Shown here piece after piece: positions 8,907 through 18,160 of a DNA stretch of 64,000 bases. Under the pieces are notes generated by a model. It made no database searches. It worked only from the letters and a program-made list of their open reading frames with translations, and had not been told where the DNA came from. Made by a program: the position numbers and the translations under genes. Source of the DNA: an uncultured Bacilli bacterium (GTDB lineage Bacteria > Bacillota_I > Bacilli_A > RF39 > UBA660); NCBI GenBank assembly GCA_947624505.1, contig CANQKO010000003.1:7835-71834 (forward strand). Reading direction: 5' to 3'. Every line of letters begins with the position of its first letter. Position 1 is the stretch's first letter.

Positions 8907-10226
8907 GTGATTATTATGAATGAAGTTCTGACATTTTTAAATAAATTACTTAATTCCAAAGATACATTAATCTTAGGGGTTTCTGCTGGTCCCGATTCAA
9001 TGTGTCTTTTGCATCTTTTAAAAAATAATTTTCCTAATAAATTAATCTGTGCTTATGTTAATCACGGTGTTAGAAAAGATGCTTTAAAAGAAGCCGAATT
9101 TTTAAAAACATATTGTATAGATAATAATATTATTTTTGAATATATGGAAATTAAAGAGTATCAAAAAAATAAATTTAGTGAAAGTGAAGGGAGAAGAAAA
9201 AGATATCAATTTTTTATAGAACTATTAAATAAATATCAAGCTAAGTATATTTTAACTGCTCATCACGCCAACGACTTAGAAGAAACAATTTTAATGCGTC
9301 TTACAAGAGGAAGTAATTTAAAAGGATATATAGGAATACCTAGAGTAAATAATTACCTTGTAAGACCACTTTTAACAGTTACTAAAAAAGAAATCTTAGA
9401 ATATAACAAATTAAATAATATTAAATATTTTCTTGATTATACTAATGATGATACTAATTACACCAGAAATAGATTTCGTAAAAAAATAATTCCTTTATTT
9501 GAAGAAGAAGATATAAATGTTCATAAAAAATTTATTAAATTTAGTGAAGAACTTTCTAAATATAATAATTATGTTAATAATATTATTAAAGATAAGATAA
9601 AAGACATATATAATAATGGTATTATATATATCGATAAATTAAATAAAGAGGATAGTTTTATCCAAGAAAAAATTATAGAATATGTTATTGAAAATATTCA
9701 AAAAGATGAAATATTTGATATTAATGATAAAAATAAAAAAGATCTAATGCAATTAATTAAAGAAAAGAAAAATAAACAAATTGATTTAGGAAATGGCTTT
9801 GTCGGAAGAAGAAGTTATAATAATTTAATTATTGAAAAGAATAATATTATTGAAGATTATAATTATGAATTTAATAATTATATTAAAGTATTAGATAAGT
9901 ATGTAATTGAAAAGTGTGATAATAGTAATGATAAAAGTAATAATATCATAAGACTTAATAGTAAAGAATTATCATTACCTTTATATATAAGAAATATTCA
10001 TAATGATGATGTTATGATTGTTAAGAATATGGTTAATAGTAAAAAAGTTATGGATATTTTTAAGAATGCTAAGATAGATATTAAGTTAAGAAAGACTTAT
10101 CCTATTGTAGTTGACGCTAAAAATACAATAATTTGGTTGCCAAAAGTAAAAAAATCAATATTTGATAAGGAAATTTCTGAAAAGTATGATATAATACTTA
10201 AGTGTACGGAGGAAAAAGATGAATAA
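8907..10226 (+). CDS. tilS: tRNA(Ile)-lysidine synthetase
   Basis: PP-loop motif LGVSAGPDSMCLL, length 439 aa, conserved position directly upstream of ftsH. The start may be ATG 8916 rather than GTG 8907. Confidence 0.85.
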   Translation: MIIMNEVLTFLNKLLNSKDTLILGVSAGPDSMCLLHLLKNNFPNKLICAYVNHGVRKDALKEAEFLKTYCIDNNIIFEYMEIKEYQKNKFSESEGRRKRYQFFIELLNKYQAKYILTAHHANDLEETILMRLTRGSNLKGYIGIPRVNNYLVRPLLTVTKKEILEYNKLNNIKYFLDYTNDDTNYTRNRFRKKIIPLFEEEDINVHKKFIKFSEELSKYNNYVNNIIKDKIKDIYNNGIIYIDKLNKEDSFIQEKIIEYVIENIQKDEIFDINDKNKKDLMQLIKEKKNKQIDLGNGFVGRRSYNNLIIEKNNIIEDYNYEFNNYIKVLDKYVIEKCDNSNDKSNNIIRLNSKELSLPLYIRNIHNDDVMIVKNMVNSKKVMDIFKNAKIDIKLRKTYPIVVDAKNTIIWLPKVKKSIFDKEISEKYDIILKCTEEKDE

Positions 10227-12210
10227 AAATAATAATGATAGAATGAAAAATACTTTACCTTATATTATTTTAATTGCTGTTATTGGGGTAATTTTATTAA
10301 TATTTACTTTTGAAGGTGATAAAGTAAATACTTTAAAAACAGGAGAATTATTTGAATATTTAAGAAATGAAGAAGTAACAGAAATAATTATTACTCCAAA
10401 TAGTAATGAAAATGTATATTATGTTGAGGGTAAATTAAAAGATTATAAAGATAATGAAAGTTTTAAAGCTAAGATAGTTTCAGAAGATATTGGTTTAATT
10501 ACTGAATATGTTCAAGATCAAGAGATCAAAGAATTTGATACAAAGAGTGATCCTGGTAGTAGTACTATTCTTTATATAATTGTTAATGTTTTACCTTTTA
10601 TCTTAATAATTGTTTTTGGATATGTTTTAGTTAAGAAATTAGCAATGACTAATAAGAACTCTGTTGATTTTGGTAGAAGTAGAGCTAGACTTTCTTCTGA
10701 TAATGATAAGAAAAGTTTTAAAGATGTTGCTGGTTTAACAGAAGAAAAAGAAGAAGTTGAAGAATTAATTGATTTTTTAAAGAATCCTAAGAAATTCCAA
10801 AAACTTGGAGCAAGAATTCCTAAAGGGGTTTTATTAGTAGGACCTCCAGGAACAGGTAAAACTTTACTTGCTAAAGCTGTTGCCGGGGAAGCTAATGTAC
10901 CATTCTTCTATATTAGTGGTTCTGATTTTGTTGAATTATTTGTCGGTGTTGGAGCATCTCGAGTAAGAGATATGTTTAAGGAAGCTAAAAGAAGTGCTCC
11001 TTGTCTAATCTTTATTGATGAAATAGATGCAGTTGGAAGACAAAGAGGTACCGGTCTTGGTGGTGGACACGATGAAAGAGAACAAACATTAAATCAATTA
11101 CTTACCGAAATGGATGGTTTTGGTGAAAATGAAGGTATAATTATTATCGCAGCAACTAACCGTCCAGATGTTCTAGATCCTGCTTTACTTCGTCCAGGCC
11201 GATTCGATCGCCAAGTAACAATTAATTTACCAGATGCAAAAGCAAGAGAAGAAATCCTTAAAGTTCACGCTAAAAATAAAATATTAGATAAATCAGTTAA
11301 TTTAAGTAATTTAAGTCAAAGAACCCCAGGTTTTAGTGGAGCCGATTTAGAGAATCTTTTAAATGAAGCAGCCCTACTTGCGGTAAGACGTAATAAAGAT
11401 GCAATTGGAATGACGGAAATAGATGAAGCAACAGATCGAGTTTTAATGGGACCAGCTAAGACAAGTAAGCAAATTACGGAAAAAGAAAAGAAACTTGTTT
11501 CTCTTCACGAAGCTGGACACGCTGTTATTGGTATCAAGCTAGAAGATGCGAATGAAGTTCATAAGATTACGATTATTCCAAGAGGTATGGCTGGTGGTTA
11601 TACAATGATGCTTCCAAAAGAAGAAAAGATGTTGGTAGCAACCAAAAAAGAATTACTTGCCCAAATTACTGGTCTTCTTGGGGGAAGAGTAAGTGAAGAA
11701 GTATTCTTAAATGAAATATCAACTGGAGCTTCTGATGACTTTAAAAAAGCTACAAGAATAGCTAGAAGTATGGTTACTGAATATGGTATGAGTGATTTAG
11801 GACCTATGCAATATGAAGAACAAAGTGAAAGTGTCTTCTTAGGAAGAGATTATGGTAAAAGTAAAAACTTTAGTGATCAAGTAGCATTAGAAATTGATCG
11901 AGAAACTAGAAAGATTATTGAAGAATGTTATGAAAAAGCTAAAGATATAATTGAAAAAAATAAAGATTTAATTATGTTGCTTAGTGATGCTTTAATGAAA
12001 TATGAAACATTAACTAAAGAACAAATAGAATATATTGTTAAAAATGGTAATATTGATTTTGATAATATAAATAATGATGAAAGTAATGAAGAAGTAAGTG
12101 AGAATTTAGCATCACTTCGAAGTAAAGCAAAAGATTTAAAAATAAAAGGTTATTCTAAAATGAATGAAGAAGAATTAGAAGAGGCCATTAGAAAGGAAGA
12201 AGAAAAATAA
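10219..12210 (+). CDS. ftsH: ATP-dependent zinc metalloprotease FtsH
   Basis: Walker A GPPGTGKT, Walker [32 protein letters not shown], zinc motif HEAGHA, two N-terminal TM segments. Overlaps the tilS stop by 8 nt. Confidence 0.97.
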   Translation: MNKNNNDRMKNTLPYIILIAVIGVILLIFTFEGDKVNTLKTGELFEYLRNEEVTEIIITPNSNENVYYVEGKLKDYKDNESFKAKIVSEDIGLITEYVQDQEIKEFDTKSDPGSSTILYIIVNVLPFILIIVFGYVLVKKLAMTNKNSVDFGRSRARLSSDNDKKSFKDVAGLTEEKEEVEELIDFLKNPKKFQKLGARIPKGVLLVGPPGTGKTLLAKAVAGEANVPFFYISGSDFVELFVGVGASRVRDMFKEAKRSAPCLIFIDEIDAVGRQRGTGLGGGHDEREQTLNQLLTEMDGFGENEGIIIIAATNRPDVLDPALLRPGRFDRQVTINLPDAKAREEILKVHAKNKILDKSVNLSNLSQRTPGFSGADLENLLNEAALLAVRRNKDAIGMTEIDEATDRVLMGPAKTSKQITEKEKKLVSLHEAGHAVIGIKLEDANEVHKITIIPRGMAGGYTMMLPKEEKMLVATKKELLAQITGLLGGRVSEEVFLNEISTGASDDFKKATRIARSMVTEYGMSDLGPMQYEEQSESVFLGRDYGKSKNFSDQVALEIDRETRKIIEECYEKAKDIIEKNKDLIMLLSDALMKYETLTKEQIEYIVKNGNIDFDNINNDESNEEVSENLASLRSKAKDLKIKGYSKMNEEELEEAIRKEEEK

Positions 12211-12425
12211 TGGAAGTTGTTTTAATAGTAGTATCTATTTTGCTTATTGCTATTGTCTTGTTACAAAGTAATAAAGCAACTGATGGCTCTGGTATTATCA
12301 CTGGGGGAAATCAAGAATTATTTCAAAATATGAAAGAAAGAGGAGTAGAATTATTCATTAGTCGTTTAACATTAGTTCTTGGTATACTCTTCTTTGGTAT
12401 TTCATTAGTATTATTCTTAATTTAA
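12210..12425 (+). CDS. secG: preprotein translocase subunit SecG
   Basis: 71 aa with two TM helices and a Gly-rich loop (LLQSNKATDGSGIITGG). The start overlaps the ftsH stop (TAATG). Confidence 0.75.
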   Translation: MEVVLIVVSILLIAIVLLQSNKATDGSGIITGGNQELFQNMKERGVELFISRLTLVLGILFFGISLVLFLI

Positions 12426-12446
12426 AAAAGGCTTAATGCCTTTTTT
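12424..12446 (+). terminator. intrinsic terminator after secG
   Basis: AAAAAAGGC-TTAAT-GCCTTTTTT hairpin with a T-run. Confidence 0.6.
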
Positions 12447-12489
12447 CTTTATATAAAACTTAAAATAATAAATATATTATATAATATGT

Positions 12490-12529
12490 CATTGAAGATT
12501 TTTGCCACTAGTGGCATTTTTCTTCAATG
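12490..12529. repeat. interrupted palindrome CATTGAAGA-TTTT-TGCCACTAGTGGCA-TTTT-TCTTCAATG
   Basis: Read directly. The outer 9-nt arms and the inner 14-nt palindrome are separated by symmetric T4/T4 mismatches. It shares 26 identical nt with 12567-12592. Confidence 0.9.
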
Positions 12530-12567
12530 AAATGTTGCAAAACACTTAAAAAGATTATATAATTATA

Positions 12568-12603
12568 TTGAAGATTTTTGCCACTAGTGGCAAAAATCTT
12601 CAA
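12568..12603. repeat. perfect 36-nt palindrome TTGAAGATTTTTGCCACT|AGTGGCAAAAATCTTCAA abutting the RBS of the downstream ATPase gene
   Basis: Read directly. The right arm ends at CAA of CAAAGGAG (RBS), 11 nt before ATG 12615. Confidence 0.9.
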
Positions 12604-12614
12604 AGGAGAAAAAG

Positions 12615-13859
12615 ATGAAAGAAATAAAAAGAGATATTTATTTAAACAGATTAATTAATCGAAGGGAAAACGGGTTAATAAAAGTTATAACTGGTATTAG
12701 AAGATGTGGTAAATCTTATTTATTAGATCCGCTATTTAAAAATTATTTACTTGATAGTGGTGTAAAAGAAAATCATATTATTAAATTAGAGTTAGATAAA
12801 GAAGAAAATAGTAAATACTTAGATTCTCACGAATTGAATATGTATATAAAATCACAAATAAAAGATAAAGATACGTATTATATCTTATTAGATGAAATTC
12901 AATTAGTGAATGGCTTTGAATCTGTATTAAATGGTTTTTTATATAAAAGTAATCTTGATGTTTATGTAACTGGTAGTAATTCAAAGTTTTTATCATCAGA
13001 TATTATTACTGAATTTAGAGGCAGGGGAGATGAAATAAGAGTATTTCCATTATCTTTTAGAGAATTTGTTAATGCTTTTAATGGCGATAAATTAGAGGCT
13101 TGGAATGAATATGTATTATATGGTGGTTTACCTTTGATTCTGTCTAAAAAGACTGATGAAGAAAAAGCTAAATATTTAAAAGATTTATTTGAACAAACTT
13201 ATGTAAAAGATATTATTGAACGTAATAATATCCAAAGATTTGATATTATAGATTCAATTATTAATATATTAGCATCATCTGTTGGGTCACTTACTAATTC
13301 TCAAAAAATATATAACACATTTATAAGTAATGGTGAAAAAGAAATTTCTTTAAATACTATCAATTCATATATTAAGTATATTGAAGATTCTTTTATTGTT
13401 AATAAATCTAATAGATATGATGTTAAAGGTAAAAAATATATTCAGACTCCTCAAAAATACTATTTTTCCGATATTGGACTTCGTAATGCTAGATTAAATT
13501 TTAGACAACAAGAAGAGAACCATATAATGGAAAATATAATTTATAATGAATTAATTGTAAGGGGATATAATGTTGATGTGGGAGTAGTAGAAACTAGAGA
13601 TGAAAGTAAAAATAGAAAACAATTGGAAGTTGATTTTGTATGTAATTTAGGAAATAAAAGATATTATATACAATCAGCATTAAATTTAGAGACAAGAGAA
13701 AAAACTATTCAAGAAGAACGACCTTTAATGAATATAGATGATAATTTTAAAAAAATAATTGTAATTAAAGATAATATAAAACCTTGGTATACAGAAGAAG
13801 GTATTCTAGTAATAGGAATACAGGAATTTTTATTAAATCAAAATAGCTTAGATTTATAG
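12615..13859 (+). CDS. AAA-type ATPase with DUF4143-like (restriction-endonuclease-fold) C-terminal domain
   Basis: Walker A GIRRCGKSYLL, Walker B YYILLDEIQ. The C-terminal pattern LEVDFVCNLGNKRYYIQSA is typical of the AAA_14/DUF4143 family. Confidence 0.7.
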   Translation: MKEIKRDIYLNRLINRRENGLIKVITGIRRCGKSYLLDPLFKNYLLDSGVKENHIIKLELDKEENSKYLDSHELNMYIKSQIKDKDTYYILLDEIQLVNGFESVLNGFLYKSNLDVYVTGSNSKFLSSDIITEFRGRGDEIRVFPLSFREFVNAFNGDKLEAWNEYVLYGGLPLILSKKTDEEKAKYLKDLFEQTYVKDIIERNNIQRFDIIDSIINILASSVGSLTNSQKIYNTFISNGEKEISLNTINSYIKYIEDSFIVNKSNRYDVKGKKYIQTPQKYYFSDIGLRNARLNFRQQEENHIMENIIYNELIVRGYNVDVGVVETRDESKNRKQLEVDFVCNLGNKRYYIQSALNLETREKTIQEERPLMNIDDNFKKIIVIKDNIKPWYTEEGILVIGIQEFLLNQNSLDL

Positions 13860-13876
13860 AATTAAGATTATTTATT

Positions 13877-14350
13877 TTATTTACGATTACATAGGGCATC
13901 TAAAGATATTTTATAATTAAAACATATTTGGGCCGCAAAGGGAGTTAATATTAAATTTCTTCCTTTTTCATAACTACTTATTACTGATTGAGTAGTATTT
14001 AAAAAATTAGCTAATTCTTTTTGAGTTAGCTTATATTTTACTCTAAACATTTTAATATTTTTACCAATAGCTTTTTTATCTAAGATATTATCATTGGCCA
14101 TAGTTTTTCTTTTGCTTGTTAAACCAATTATATAATCCATATTAAAATTAAAATAATTACATAAATCATTTAATTTATTTAAAGGTATTATTTTAGAACA
14201 GTTTTCCCATCTAGAATAATTTGACTGCGATACTTCTAATATTTTGGCAAGTGTAATTAAAGAAAATGATTTAAAGTTAAAATTAACAGGTAATAGTTTA
14301 AATGAAGAATATGATTTAAGTAATTTAAAAAATGAAGAAGAAGCCAACAA
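13877..14350 (-). CDS. XRE-family regulator with two tandem HTH domains; N-terminus doubtful (probably 5'-truncated)
   Basis: Two HTH_3-like units (LAKILEVSQSNYSRWE; LTQKELANFLNTTQSVISSYE). Paralogous in layout to 58384-58824. The first ~35 codons are T-rich antisense of the opposing ORF and begin at a TTG. Confidence 0.5.
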   Translation of the reverse strand: MLASSSFFKLLKSYSSFKLLPVNFNFKSFSLITLAKILEVSQSNYSRWENCSKIIPLNKLNDLCNYFNFNMDYIIGLTSKRKTMANDNILDKKAIGKNIKMFRVKYKLTQKELANFLNTTQSVISSYEKGRNLILTPFAAQICFNYKISLDALCNRK

Positions 14351-15965
14351 AAAAGTCTATGTAACAAATTTTGATGTAAGTAAGATTAATAAAAATGAAA
14401 TAAAATTACAAGTATTATTAAATAATGATCCAAATAAAGCTCAAGATTATTTAGTAAATAAAGAGTTAAATATAAGTGTTGAAGTAAGTGATTTAAAATG
14501 TGTATTAAAAGATACAACCCCACCAACAATAGAAGAATTTACTGTAACAGGAGTTACAGATAATACAGAATTAACAGATAATAAATTATATACTCATAAA
14601 AATCAAGTATCATATAAATTAACATTTACAGATGAAGATGTAGAAAGTTATTGTATAACAGAAAATAGTAGTTGTAATGATGGAGAATGGCAATTAGTTG
14701 GAGATAATAAAACAATTACAAATACATTAACATTAAGTAATAATAATGAAGGATTAAAAACAATAAATGCCTTTTTAAAAGATAAGAAAGGAAATGTATC
14801 ACAAGAAACAAAGACAATAACACTAGATACAAGTAATCCGACAGCAACAATAAAATCTAATAGTCAAGATACAAGTAGCATAACAGTAACAGTAGGATAT
14901 GAAGGACAAGATTCAATAATAAAGAGACAATGTAGATTAGATACTGATAGTACTTGGACAGATTCAAAACCAGATGGAAGTTGTACGATAAGTGATTTAA
15001 AAGATGGAAAAGAGTATACAATAAAAGGAAGAGTAAGAGATGCATCAGGAAGATGGAATACAACTTATCCAAATGTTAGTGTAACAACGCAAAGTGCAAA
15101 CTTTCAAGGTACAGGAAAGCAATTATTAGAAAGCAAACCAAAGGGGTTAAGTGGTGAACCGGACTGTCAAGGAATGTATAGATTTGTAGGAACAAAAGAT
15201 GATGTAAATAATTATGTATGCTTTGGCTATACAAATATATCACAGTGTAGCAGTGGAGCGAAAGATAATGAATACATATACCGAATTATTGGAATTAATT
15301 CAAATGGTGAAATAAAATTAATCAAAAATAAAGCTTTATCGAATAAATACCTATGGTTCGAACCAATGTCAGGTTTGATAGTTGGTGATCCTTGGCCACA
15401 GAGTGAGATATTTAAAAGTATAAGTAGTGATGGATTTTTGACTGGTTTATTAACGAGATGGCAAGAAAAAATAGTGAATCATAGTTGGCCAACAGGCATT
15501 ATAGAAGATGGGAATGCTATGGCTAGTACCATTTGTGAGACCGAGAAAGGATTAACATCGATATCGGCGAAAGTAGGTTTGATGACACTGAGTGATTATT
15601 ATTATGCCGCTGGTGGTGGAGAGTCGAGTTGCTTTACAGGTGTGAAAAAGGACTGTTCGTTGAACTGGATGTTTTTTCTAAACAACGGGTGTTCAAATAC
15701 AGGCGACTATGAGTGGACAATGATTAGTGCGGATGAAGACATATTGGACTCAGCGTACGCCGCTGGTTCTGAGTGGGTGCCGACTGGCTCGATTGGGACG
15801 TTGCTAAAGACGTCTGAGGGTTATGTGCGACCGGTGTTTTACCTTTCTCCAGTGGCTGTAATTTCCTCTGGTAGTGGTACATCTACAGATCCATTTATTA
15901 TCGACTTATGTGATGGTGATCCTTCGTGTGATTTGCAGCCGGATAAGCAAGGTCCGGTTGACTGA
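14244..15965 (+). CDS. surface protein fragment: Ig/Fn3-like repeats + pilin-associated C-terminal globular domain; lacks signal or prepilin leader
   Basis: The frame is closed by TAA 14217-14219, so no N-terminal targeting sequence is possible. There is an Fn3-like segment (SITVTVGYEG...DLKDGKEYTIKGRVRDASG). The C-terminal pattern YRFVG..VNNYVCFG...YRIIGINSNGEIKLI...EWTMIS...GYVRPVFYL is, from memory, typical of large Firmicutes pseudopilin or adhesin domains. Confidence 0.55.
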   Translation: MASVIKENDLKLKLTGNSLNEEYDLSNLKNEEEANKKVYVTNFDVSKINKNEIKLQVLLNNDPNKAQDYLVNKELNISVEVSDLKCVLKDTTPPTIEEFTVTGVTDNTELTDNKLYTHKNQVSYKLTFTDEDVESYCITENSSCNDGEWQLVGDNKTITNTLTLSNNNEGLKTINAFLKDKKGNVSQETKTITLDTSNPTATIKSNSQDTSSITVTVGYEGQDSIIKRQCRLDTDSTWTDSKPDGSCTISDLKDGKEYTIKGRVRDASGRWNTTYPNVSVTTQSANFQGTGKQLLESKPKGLSGEPDCQGMYRFVGTKDDVNNYVCFGYTNISQCSSGAKDNEYIYRIIGINSNGEIKLIKNKALSNKYLWFEPMSGLIVGDPWPQSEIFKSISSDGFLTGLLTRWQEKIVNHSWPTGIIEDGNAMASTICETEKGLTSISAKVGLMTLSDYYYAAGGGESSCFTGVKKDCSLNWMFFLNNGCSNTGDYEWTMISADEDILDSAYAAGSEWVPTGSIGTLLKTSEGYVRPVFYLSPVAVISSGSGTSTDPFIIDLCDGDPSCDLQPDKQGPVD

Positions 15966-16279
15966 GGCAATGTGTGTTTTCGGTAGATTTAATTGGAGCA
16001 CTCGATGAGAGATTAAGGAGTGATCAAAACTCTGACTATCGCTGCGAAGGTACTAAAGATTAGTTTTGAAGTGTAGAATGTTAAGTGTTAGTCTGGATGA
16101 TGTTCGAGAAGGAAAACTCGTAAAAAAGTTATAAACTTAGGACATTGGTATGCTGAGTTCTGGATTGTCTGAATTAAAGTAGAGAGTGGGATTTTCTCGC
16201 TCTTTTTAAGTTTTAAAAATACTTTCTCTTTATTTTTTAATATATAATTGATAAAATTAAAGTAGAAAGAATGATATAA

Positions 16280-17425
16280 ATGAAATATTTAAGTAAAGAG
16301 ATAATTAAGAATAAGAGAGTTTTATTAAGATGTGATTTTAATGTACCAGTAAAAGATAATATAATAACTGATGATATTAGAATAACTAAGAGTTTTAAAA
16401 CTATTAATTACTTATTAGATAATAACAATAAAGTTATATTATTAAGTCATTTTGGTAGAGTTAAAAAAGAAGAAGATAAAGTTAATAATAGTTTATATAT
16501 TGTATATGAATATTTAAAAAAGTATTATGATATTGAATTTATTAAAGATCCTAATGATTTAAGTAATATAGATGGGTGTGATAAGAAAATATTTTTAGTA
16601 GAAAATACTAGATTTACTGATGTACCAGAAAAAAGAGAAAGTGTTAATGATTTAAATTTAGCTAAATACTGGAGTAATTATGCTGATGTATTTGTTATTG
16701 ATGCTTTTGGTTCTTTACACCGGATACACACTTCGACTGCTGGTTTATCTAAATACCTAGATACTTATTTAGGCTTTTTAGTAGAAGACGAAATAAAAAA
16801 TTTAAAACCACTTTTAAATAATATTGATTTAGTTATAATGGGTGGTGCTAAAGCAGATGATAAGATAAAGATAATTGAAAGATTAATTAATAAATGTCAT
16901 TATTTAATTATAACAGGAGGTATATTAAATACTTTCTTAAAAGTAATGGGGTATAATATAGGTAATAGTTTAGTTAGTAATGATGAAGAAGTATTAAGTA
17001 AAGTAGAAGAGTTATTAAATAAATATCAAGATAAAATATTATATAGTGATAAATTTATTGCTAAAAGAGATAATGATAATATAATAGTTAGTTTAAAAGA
17101 AATAAAAGATAATGATATTATCTATGATAATATTATAGAATTAGATAATATTATTAATAATTCTAAAGTTATATTTTTAAATGGTACTTGTGGTATGTGT
17201 GAAAGTGATGATTATAAAGAAGGGACTATTAAGTTATTAAATACTCTTGCTAGTAGTCATAATGATGTTTATGTTGGGGGTGGTGATACTGCCTCATTTG
17301 TTAAATTATTTGGTTTAGAAAGTAAGTTTAAATTTGTTTCTAGTGGGGGAGGGGCAACATTAGAATATATTAGTGATGGTAATTTAGAGGCTTTAAAATA
17401 TATTGAAGAAAATTCCATTAATTAA
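16280..17425 (+). CDS. pgk: phosphoglycerate kinase
   Basis: Motifs LLRCDFNVPV, LSHFGR, ENTRF, DAFGSLHR, GGAKADDKI, GGGDT, SSGGGATLEYI. 381 aa. Confidence 0.88.
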   Translation: MKYLSKEIIKNKRVLLRCDFNVPVKDNIITDDIRITKSFKTINYLLDNNNKVILLSHFGRVKKEEDKVNNSLYIVYEYLKKYYDIEFIKDPNDLSNIDGCDKKIFLVENTRFTDVPEKRESVNDLNLAKYWSNYADVFVIDAFGSLHRIHTSTAGLSKYLDTYLGFLVEDEIKNLKPLLNNIDLVIMGGAKADDKIKIIERLINKCHYLIITGGILNTFLKVMGYNIGNSLVSNDEEVLSKVEELLNKYQDKILYSDKFIAKRDNDNIIVSLKEIKDNDIIYDNIIELDNIINNSKVIFLNGTCGMCESDDYKEGTIKLLNTLASSHNDVYVGGGDTASFVKLFGLESKFKFVSSGGGATLEYISDGNLEALKYIEENSIN

Positions 17426-17481
17426 AGACTTTACAGGATGATGAATTTTTGCTATTATAGTCTTTGTTCGAGGATGATATA

Positions 17482-18057
17482 ATGAAAAATACTGATTATG
17501 TAGTAAAACGTGATGATATTAATGTTGGTTCAGTTGTGATTTCAAAATTAAGTTCTATTACACCGGTAGAAAGATTACGTCGTATTTATTTTATTTTAGA
17601 TGATGGGGGATATGCAATTGATTTATTAAATGATATACCTAACTATCTCGTGCTATTATATAATAATCTTTTTGGTTATGAAAAACCATTTGTTCCAGCT
17701 TTTGAAATGCAAAATATTGGCAATTTATTAAGACTTTATGGATATCCTAGTGAGATGACTTATGAAGATGTATTAAAAATAGATATGTTTTTTAAGTATG
17801 GTTGGAAGTTTGATAATGCTTCTTATTTTGGTATTGTTAAACCACTCCCAGAAGATAATGTCATTTATAGTGAAATAGATCATCGTTTTAATAAGTTTAG
17901 AAGTTATACAGATAGTTATGAAGCATCTCCTATACCTAAAGAATATTTTGATTTAATATGGAAGTTAAGTAATCTTTGGGATACAACTAAAGATAAAGAA
18001 ATAGATCTTTTATTACCTCATTCTAAAGAAGGAATGGTAAGGAAATTAACAAAATAA
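17482..18057 (+). CDS. hypothetical protein
   Basis: ATG 17482 is preceded by GAGGATGA (the ORF track starts at TTG 17464). No family recognised. Confidence 0.55.
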   Translation: MKNTDYVVKRDDINVGSVVISKLSSITPVERLRRIYFILDDGGYAIDLLNDIPNYLVLLYNNLFGYEKPFVPAFEMQNIGNLLRLYGYPSEMTYEDVLKIDMFFKYGWKFDNASYFGIVKPLPEDNVIYSEIDHRFNKFRSYTDSYEASPIPKEYFDLIWKLSNLWDTTKDKEIDLLLPHSKEGMVRKLTK

Positions 18058-18061
18058 AGTT

Positions 18062-18090
18062 ATCTGGAAGTAATAATCCAGATCTTTTTT
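18062..18090 (+). terminator. intrinsic terminator
   Basis: ATCTGGA-N8-TCCAGAT followed by CTTTTTT. Confidence 0.8.
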
Positions 18091-18160
18091 AATTATTTAA
18101 CTAAATATTATTGACATTCCACTTAGGTTATAGATTATAGTTAGTTAGAAAGGAGAGAAA

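Noticed and set aside
12781-12996. 71-aa antisense ORF inside the DUF4143 ATPase gene
   Set aside because: It is the antisense of a motif-supported CDS, with the Tyr/Leu/Ile-rich composition typical of AT-rich antisense frames.
14857-15072. 71-aa antisense ORF inside the surface-protein ORF
   Set aside because: It is a Leu/His/Tyr-rich antisense artefact with no start context.
15350-16200. Diversity-generating retroelement (variable C-terminal lectin-like domain plus template repeat downstream)
   Set aside because: The ...GYVRPVFYL ending and the odd non-coding tail suggested a VR/TR pair. However, I find no similarity between the ORF 3' end and the 240-nt tail. There is also no reverse transcriptase (no YxDD-type ORF) anywhere in the window.
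15966-16200. Small protein genes or a recognisable RNA in the G+C-rich non-coding tail
   Set aside because: The longest frames are ~10-25 codons without credible RBS/start pairs. Only weak 4-5-bp hairpins are present, and I recognise no known RNA family signature.
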